Source: an uncultured Pelagibacteraceae bacterium (lineage in GTDB: Bacteria; Pseudomonadota; Alphaproteobacteria; Pelagibacterales; Pelagibacteraceae). Taken from it: a stretch of DNA of 64,000 nucleotides. Under the pieces are notes generated by a model. That model was not told where the DNA came from. It did no database searches and saw nothing but the letters and a program-made list of their open reading frames with translations. Positions within the stretch are counted from its first letter, which is position 1. Each line of letters begins with the position of its first letter. The stretch covers positions 19,448 through 83,447 of the forward strand of contig CACEPH010000001.1 in assembly GCA_902561465.1 (NCBI GenBank). The letters run 5' to 3'. Both the position numbers and the translations under genes were made by a program. Shown in pieces: positions 58,688 to 64,000 of this stretch.

Positions 58688-58728
58688 TTGAGATTATTGG
58701 CAAATAAGTAAGGAAAATAGCATTTAAG

Positions 58729-59199
58729 ATGAAAACATACAATATACTCAGTATTGATGAATTTAAGACAATTATAGGAAACAATTCTAGATTGTTAGGA
58801 ATCGACCATGGTAATAAGAACCTAGGATTCGCTATTTGTGATGAAAAAAAAAAGATAGCTACTCCTCTGAAAACTATACAAAAAAGTAAATTTGATATTT
58901 TAATAAATCAGATAAACGAAATTATTAATGAAAGTAATATAAAAGGAATCGTTATTGGAAACCCTATTAATATGGATGGTTCTTTAGGTAAATCATCACA
59001 ATCTACCAACGATTTTGCTAAAAATTTATCAAAAAATATTACTATTCCTATCACAATGTGGGATGAGCGACTTTCTAGCGAAGGAAGCTTTAAAATAACT
59101 AAAGAATTGGGGACTAATATAAGCAACAGAGTAAGTAAATTAGATATGAACGCAGCAGCATTTATACTGCAAGGTGCTATAGATTATTTATCAAATTGA
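58729..59199 (+). CDS. ruvX: Putative pre-16S rRNA nuclease / Holliday junction resolvase-like RuvX (YqgF)
   Basis: 156 aa with LLGIDHGNKNLGFAICD, G.P.NMDGS and WDERLSS. Confidence 0.88.
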   Translation: MKTYNILSIDEFKTIIGNNSRLLGIDHGNKNLGFAICDEKKKIATPLKTIQKSKFDILINQINEIINESNIKGIVIGNPINMDGSLGKSSQSTNDFAKNLSKNITIPITMWDERLSSEGSFKITKELGTNISNRVSKLDMNAAAFILQGAIDYLSN

Positions 59200-59247
59200 T
59201 TAAAATGCTTGCATAGTTACCTGCAAAGGGCTATAGAGTTGATTTTA

Positions 59248-60198
59248 ATGGCTGTAATTAAAAAACTTAAAGCTGTTAAATTAGAACAAAATCACCTCTT
59301 AGGTATACAAGATCTTTCTTTTTCCCAAGTTTCCGACATATTAAAACAGGCCAAGACATTTATAACTCTAAATAAAAGCTCTTCAAAAAAAATAGATATT
59401 TTAAGAGGAAAAACTCAAATTAATCTATTTTTTGAACCCTCTACAAGAACTCAAAGTTCTTTTGAACTCGCAGGAAAAAGACTTGGCGCAGACGTAATGT
59501 CTATGAACATCGTTAACTCTGCTATTAAAAAAGGTGAAACTTTAATTGACACAGCAATGACATTGAATGCGATGCATCCCGACATAATTGTAATAAGACA
59601 TCAAGATTCAGGAGCTCCAAATTTATTATCACAAAAAGTAAATTGTGCAGTTATAAATGCTGGTGACGGAAGAAGAGAACATCCTACACAAGCTTTGTTA
59701 GATGCATTAACAATAATTAACAGAAGAGGTAAAGTTGAAGGATTAAAAATAGCAATATGTGGAGATATACTTCATTCTAGAGTTGCAAGATCAAATATAT
59801 ATTTAATGAATATGTTGGGGGCAGAAGTAAATGTTGTAGCTCCAAAAACTTTACTTCCTCATTCTATCGAACGTCTTGGAGTAAAATCTTTCACAAATAT
59901 GAAAAAGGGGTTGGATAATTGCGACATTGTCATGATGTTAAGATTGCAGAATGAAAGAATGCAAGGATCTTTTTTACCATCTGCCAGAGAGTATTATGAA
60001 TATTTTGGTTTAACTCCTGATAAATTAAATTTAGCAAAAAAAAATGCATTAATAATGCATCCAGGTCCAATGAATAGAGGCGTGGAGATTGATACTAATC
60101 TTGCTGATGACATTAATAGAAGTGTAATAAGAGAACAAGTTGAACTTGGTGTAGCTGTAAGAATGGCATGTTTAAAAATTTTTTGTAAAAGAAGATAA
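59248..60198 (+). CDS. pyrB: Aspartate carbamoyltransferase catalytic subunit
   Basis: [21 protein letters not shown] and HPGPMNRG. I start at the ATG at 59248. The track's 13 extra codons begin at a TTG. Confidence 0.92.
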   Translation: MAVIKKLKAVKLEQNHLLGIQDLSFSQVSDILKQAKTFITLNKSSSKKIDILRGKTQINLFFEPSTRTQSSFELAGKRLGADVMSMNIVNSAIKKGETLIDTAMTLNAMHPDIIVIRHQDSGAPNLLSQKVNCAVINAGDGRREHPTQALLDALTIINRRGKVEGLKIAICGDILHSRVARSNIYLMNMLGAEVNVVAPKTLLPHSIERLGVKSFTNMKKGLDNCDIVMMLRLQNERMQGSFLPSAREYYEYFGLTPDKLNLAKKNALIMHPGPMNRGVEIDTNLADDINRSVIREQVELGVAVRMACLKIFCKRR

Positions 60199-61490
60199 TG
60201 AAAGAAAAATACTTAATTAACGCAAGAATAATTGATCCAAAAAATAAAATTGATGAAATAGGCGGTCTAATTATTGATTCCAATGGTTTAATTAAAGCTG
60301 TCGGAAAAAAAGTAGCTAATGGTAATCTGCCTTCTTCGGCTGAAAAAATAGACCTAAAAAAACAAGTATTAATACCTGGTATTGTCGATATGAGAGTTTT
60401 TGTAGGAGAGCCAGGATATGAATACAAAGAAAATTTTCGAACTTTAAGTAATGCAGCTTTATCTGGAGGAGTTACATCAGTGGTTTCTATGCCTAATACT
60501 TCTCCAGTAATAGATAATGTTTCAATGGTAGATTTTTTAAAACGTAGAGGTAGAGATAAATCAAGAATCAATATATTTCCAGCAGCTACATTAACAAAAA
60601 ATGCAGATGGTAAACAAATGACAGAATTTGGACTTCTTAAAAGAAAAGGAATAGTTGCTTTTACAGATGGAATAAAAACTGTTCAAGATCCACAGGTAAT
60701 GTCAAGAATCATGAATTTTGCTAGTCAATCAGAATCTTTGATTATGCAACACGCTGAGGATAATATTTTATCCAATGGTGGATTAATAAACGAAGGTGAA
60801 ATTTCTACGAGATTAGGATTAAAAGGGATTCCTTTTTTAGCTGAAAAAATTATTGTTGAAAGAGATTTATCATTTCTTGAAGAATATTTTTGTAGATATC
60901 ATATTTCACAAATATCTTCTGAAAAAACGATTTCAGTAATAAAAAAAGCAAAAAACGAAGGTAAAATTTTTACTACTGGAGTATCAATTAATAATTTATC
61001 ACTTAATGAAAATGATATAGGTGAGTTTAGAACTTTTTTAAAACTTTCCCCTCCTCTTAGAACAGAAAATGATAGGCAGTCTTTAGTTAAAGCAATCAAT
61101 GATGAGATAATAGATGTTATAGTGTCGGATCACAAACCTGAAGATGAAGAATCAAAAAGATTAACATTTTCTCAAGCAGCAACAGGTGCTACAGGTGTTG
61201 AAACTTTACTTCCTTTAGCGCTAGAACTTTTTCATAATAAATCTGTTAAACTTAATAAATTAATAGCTTCAATTACTTCAAATCCTGCCAAAATCTTAGG
61301 TATTAATAAAGGTAGCATTGAAAAAGGAAGTGATGCTGATTTATGTGTATTTGATTTAAATAAACCGTGGGTAGTTAATAAAAATAAACTTAAATCAAAA
61401 TCTAAAAATACACCGATCGAAAATAGAAAATTACAAGGACAGGTATTAAAAACTTTTATAAAAGGAGAATTAGCATACGAAAGAATTTAA
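60198..61490 (+). CDS. pyrC: Dihydroorotase-like protein lacking the HxH metal motif (PyrC'-type, probably non-catalytic ATCase partner)
   Basis: 430 aa amidohydrolase fold coupled to pyrB by TAATG. Active class I dihydroorotases read D-x-H-V-H-x-R-E-P-G, but this protein reads DMRVFVGEPG. Later blocks (AFTDG, MQHAED, SDHKPED) are only partly retained. Confidence 0.8.
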   Translation: MKEKYLINARIIDPKNKIDEIGGLIIDSNGLIKAVGKKVANGNLPSSAEKIDLKKQVLIPGIVDMRVFVGEPGYEYKENFRTLSNAALSGGVTSVVSMPNTSPVIDNVSMVDFLKRRGRDKSRINIFPAATLTKNADGKQMTEFGLLKRKGIVAFTDGIKTVQDPQVMSRIMNFASQSESLIMQHAEDNILSNGGLINEGEISTRLGLKGIPFLAEKIIVERDLSFLEEYFCRYHISQISSEKTISVIKKAKNEGKIFTTGVSINNLSLNENDIGEFRTFLKLSPPLRTENDRQSLVKAINDEIIDVIVSDHKPEDEESKRLTFSQAATGATGVETLLPLALELFHNKSVKLNKLIASITSNPAKILGINKGSIEKGSDADLCVFDLNKPWVVNKNKLKSKSKNTPIENRKLQGQVLKTFIKGELAYERI

Positions 61491-61496
61491 TTTATA

Positions 61497-62108
61497 ATGG
61501 ATATTATTTTAGTTGCTTTATTTTCCTATTTAAGTGGTTCTGTGCCATTTGGCTTTTTAGTTACAAAAATTTTTGGAAAGATAGACGTACGAAATATTGG
61601 CTCTGGAAATATTGGAGCGACAAATGTGCTAAGAACAGGAAATAAATTTTTAGCTGCTGTTACTCTTATCTTAGATATTTTAAAAGGTTATATTCCAGTT
61701 TTTATTTCTGCAAAATATTTTCCTGAATTAATTGAATTATCTTGCATGTTAGCCTTTTTGGGACATCTTTTTCCAATTTGGTTAAAATTTAAAGGTGGTA
61801 AAGGAGTTGCTACTTATGTGGGAATACTTGCAGCTCTTTCATTGCAATTATTTTTCTTATTTGCTTTCACTTGGTTGGTAATATCACTAATATTTAAATA
61901 TTCTTCTGTATCATCGATGTTTGCTTCATTGACTGTTTTTATTGTTAATTTCATTAAAGAAACTTTTATAAATTCTACAGAATTTTTGTCATCTACAGGT
62001 ATTGTTGATTCAAAAATACTATTTATTTTTTTTATTTTAATTATATTCTCCCATAGAAAAAATATATCAAACCTTAAAAACAAAAATGAAAAGAAAATAA
62101 GAATCTAA
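61497..62108 (+). CDS. plsY: Glycerol-3-phosphate acyltransferase PlsY
   Basis: 203 aa with YLSGSVPFGFL, GSGNIGATNVLR and KGGKGVAT. Confidence 0.92.
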   Translation: MDIILVALFSYLSGSVPFGFLVTKIFGKIDVRNIGSGNIGATNVLRTGNKFLAAVTLILDILKGYIPVFISAKYFPELIELSCMLAFLGHLFPIWLKFKGGKGVATYVGILAALSLQLFFLFAFTWLVISLIFKYSSVSSMFASLTVFIVNFIKETFINSTEFLSSTGIVDSKILFIFFILIIFSHRKNISNLKNKNEKKIRI

Positions 62109-62193
62109 GTATAAAGCCATTTTTTACTATCTTTTAAACCTTAAATTGACAAAACAAATTATATTTGACACTAAAGTTTCTTAAGGAATACAA

Positions 62194-64000
62194 ATGAACC
62201 TTGTAGTTGTAGAAAGTCCAGCAAAAGCTAAAACTATTAATAAATATCTTGGTAAAGATTATAAAGTTTTAGCTAGTTACGGACATATACGAGATCTTCC
62301 GTCAAAAAATGGATCTGTAGATCCTGAAAATAATTTTCAAATGCTTTGGGAAATAGATTCTTTTTCAAAAAAATATTTAAAAGAAATCACAGATACTGCA
62401 GCAGACTCAAGTAAAATAATTTTAGCAACTGACCCTGATCGTGAAGGTGAGGCTATTGCTTGGCATGTTAAAGAAGTATTAGATCAAAAAAAATTATTAA
62501 AAGATAAGAAGATAGAGAGAGTAGTTTTCAATGAAATTACAAAAAAAGCTGTTATGAAAGGTATAGAAAACCCTAGAGATATTGAGCCACTTCTAGTCAA
62601 CGCTTACATGGCTAGAAGAGCATTAGACTATTTAGTTGGATTCAATATTTCTCCTATTTTGTGGACTAAACTACCAGGATCCAAATCTGCTGGACGTGTC
62701 CAGTCTGTTGCTTTGAAATTGATTACCGAAAGAGAACATGAGATTGAATTGTTTAACCCCAAGGAATTCTGGACTTTAAAGGTAAACTTTAAGGACAAAA
62801 ACAATAATACAATAACATCTAATATTTCGCAACTAGAAGGGAACAAAGTTGAAAAATTCTCATTTAAAAATAAAGAAGACATTAATACTGCTGCTGAACG
62901 AATTAAAAAAATGAATTTTAGTATTTCCGATATATCATCAAAAGTTGTAAGTAGAAATCCATCTGGTCCTTTCACTACTTCAACGCTTCAGCAAGTTTCC
63001 TCTGGAAGACTGGGTTTAGGTGCATCAAGAACAATGCAAATTGCTCAAAAACTTTATCAAGGAATTGAAATTGATGGCGAAACTATAGGTTTAATCACAT
63101 ATATGAGAACCGATGGAACAAACATATCTGAAGAAGCTGTGTCTAATTTTAGAAATTTTATTAAAAATGCATATGGAAATGAATACCTTCCTAAAGACCC
63201 TCTAAATTATTCTGGTAAAAAAGCAAAGAATGCTCAGGAAGCTCACGAAGCAATACGACCTACTGATATTGATAAATCACCTGAAAAAGTAAAAAAATAT
63301 TTAAGTCCAGATCAATATAAAGTGTATGATCTAATTTGGAGTAGAGCTTTATCCTCTCAAATGCAATCAGCGCAATTTGATAGAAACACAATTACAATTA
63401 CATCTGATAACAAAGAAACTATTTTAAAAACTACTGGATCAGTAATTAAATTTGATGGTTATTTAAAAGTTTATAAAGATCCTAAAAAAGAAGATGGTGA
63501 AAGCATTTTACCTAAAATGACAAATGGTCCTGTTAATATTGAGTTTCTTATGGATGAACAGCATTTTACTCAGCCGCCGCCTAGATATTCGGAAGCAAGT
63601 TTAGTAAAAAAACTTGAAGAATTAGGTATTGGAAGACCTTCTACATACGCAAGTATTATTTCTGTAATATCTACCAGAGGTTATGTTGAAATTTTAAATA
63701 AAAGATTTCATCCTACAGATAGAGGAAAATTAATAACAGCTTTTTTGGAAAAACTATTTTCTAAATATGTAGACTATAATTTTACTGCTGGATTAGAAAA
63801 TCAATTAGATGAGATCACTTCAGGAAAAGAAGGATGGATTAAAGTTTTAGAAATGTTTTGGAAGGACTTTAATCAAAATGTTACTGAGGTTAAGGAAAAA
63901 AGAACAAGAGAAGTTTTAGATCTATTGAATGATAGCCTAGGTACCTTAATATTTGATAGAGATAATAATGGTAATATTGATAGAAAATGCAAGCTTTGTG
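62194..64000 (+). CDS. topA: DNA topoisomerase I, N-terminal ~600 codons (3' end beyond the window)
   Basis: This ORF is not in the track because it is open to the window edge. MNLVVVESPAKAKTINKYLGKDYKVLASYGHIRDLP (Toprim), ATDPDREGEAIAWH and the active-site region GLITYMRTDG. An AAGGA lies 7 nt upstream of the ATG. Confidence 0.93.
   Translation, partial: MNLVVVESPAKAKTINKYLGKDYKVLASYGHIRDLPSKNGSVDPENNFQMLWEIDSFSKKYLKEITDTAADSSKIILATDPDREGEAIAWHVKEVLDQKKLLKDKKIERVVFNEITKKAVMKGIENPRDIEPLLVNAYMARRALDYLVGFNISPILWTKLPGSKSAGRVQSVALKLITEREHEIELFNPKEFWTLKVNFKDKNNNTITSNISQLEGNKVEKFSFKNKEDINTAAERIKKMNFSISDISSKVVSRNPSGPFTTSTLQQVSSGRLGLGASRTMQIAQKLYQGIEIDGETIGLITYMRTDGTNISEEAVSNFRNFIKNAYGNEYLPKDPLNYSGKKAKNAQEAHEAIRPTDIDKSPEKVKKYLSPDQYKVYDLIWSRALSSQMQSAQFDRNTITITSDNKETILKTTGSVIKFDGYLKVYKDPKKEDGESILPKMTNGPVNIEFLMDEQHFTQPPPRYSEASLVKKLEELGIGRPSTYASIISVISTRGYVEILNKRFHPTDRGKLITAFLEKLFSKYVDYNFTAGLENQLDEITSGKEGWIKVLEMFWKDFNQNVTEVKEKRTREVLDLLNDSLGTLIFDRDNNGNIDRKCKLC

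Noticed and set aside
59205-59216. Mini-ORF ATG-CTT-GCA-TAG in the ruvX-pyrB spacer as a pyrimidine attenuation leader peptide
   Set aside because: It is only 3 codons long, with no adjacent terminator or antiterminator hairpins or U-run visible. Chance occurrence is likely.
60113-60571. 152-aa minus-strand ORF
   Set aside because: It is antisense across the pyrB/pyrC' junction. It has low-complexity composition and no independent support.
62146-62170. Two TTGACA hexamers upstream of topA called as a defined promoter
   Set aside because: No acceptable -10 hexamer lies 16-18 nt downstream of the first (CACTAA). The second would place the -10 (ATACAA) directly against the ATG. This is mentioned only as context and not annotated as a feature.
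62628-62975. 115-aa minus-strand ORF from the track
   Set aside because: It lies entirely antisense within topA, whose plus-strand frame has unmistakable topoisomerase I motifs. It has low-complexity Leu/Ser/Phe composition.

Overview
This 64-kb window is very AT-rich and extremely compact. It reads as core chromosome of a streamlined marine alphaproteobacterium. The synteny blocks (mltB-rlpA-dac-tmk; argS-x-nagZ-scpA-scpB-tatABC-serS; pyrB-pyrC'-plsY-topA; gatCAB), a heterotetrameric sarcosine oxidase operon (soxBDAG) and the near-absence of spacers point to SAR11/Pelagibacterales. That assignment is from memory; no search was run. I call 64 CDS (two cut by the window edges) and 3 tRNA genes: Ser-UGA, Lys-UUU and Ser-GCU, all with encoded CCA. 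By my calls only about 1.1 kb (under 2 percent) is non-genic, and the longest spacer is 129 nt. Genes sit in a dozen long co-directional blocks joined by 1-, 4-, 8-, 14- and 44-nt overlaps. I saw no rRNA, CRISPR array, IS or transposase, integrase, prophage, toxin-antitoxin pair or recognisable defence gene, and no spacer is long enough for a riboswitch. I do not see a convincing self-contained novel multi-gene system. The observations most worth following up are: (1) consensus extended -10 boxes (TGATATAAT three times, plus TATAAT and TGTTATAAA) placed 5-8 nt before start codons with no Shine-Dalgarno, suggesting leaderless mRNAs from promoters embedded in upstream gene tails or stop codons; (2) two loci that together look like a lipid-carrier-dependent periplasmic glycosylation and methylation module with unknown acceptor (GT2 plus GT-C-like protein; two methyltransferases plus a second GT-C-like protein beside tRNA-Lys; manC is elsewhere in the window); (3) a gatCAB-O-methyltransferase-trhO-MATE block suggesting a TrhO/TrmR-type mo5U34 tRNA pathway; (4) a stand-alone 5-TM PuuD-N/HemJ-like membrane protein; (5) a pyrB-coupled dihydroorotase-like gene lacking the HxH metal motif (PyrC'-type); (6) a compact SpoT/Rel lacking the Cys-containing domain; (7) tail-to-tail gene overlaps that leave no room for terminators. 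All coordinates were counted by hand, and all homology calls come from motif recognition, not database searches.
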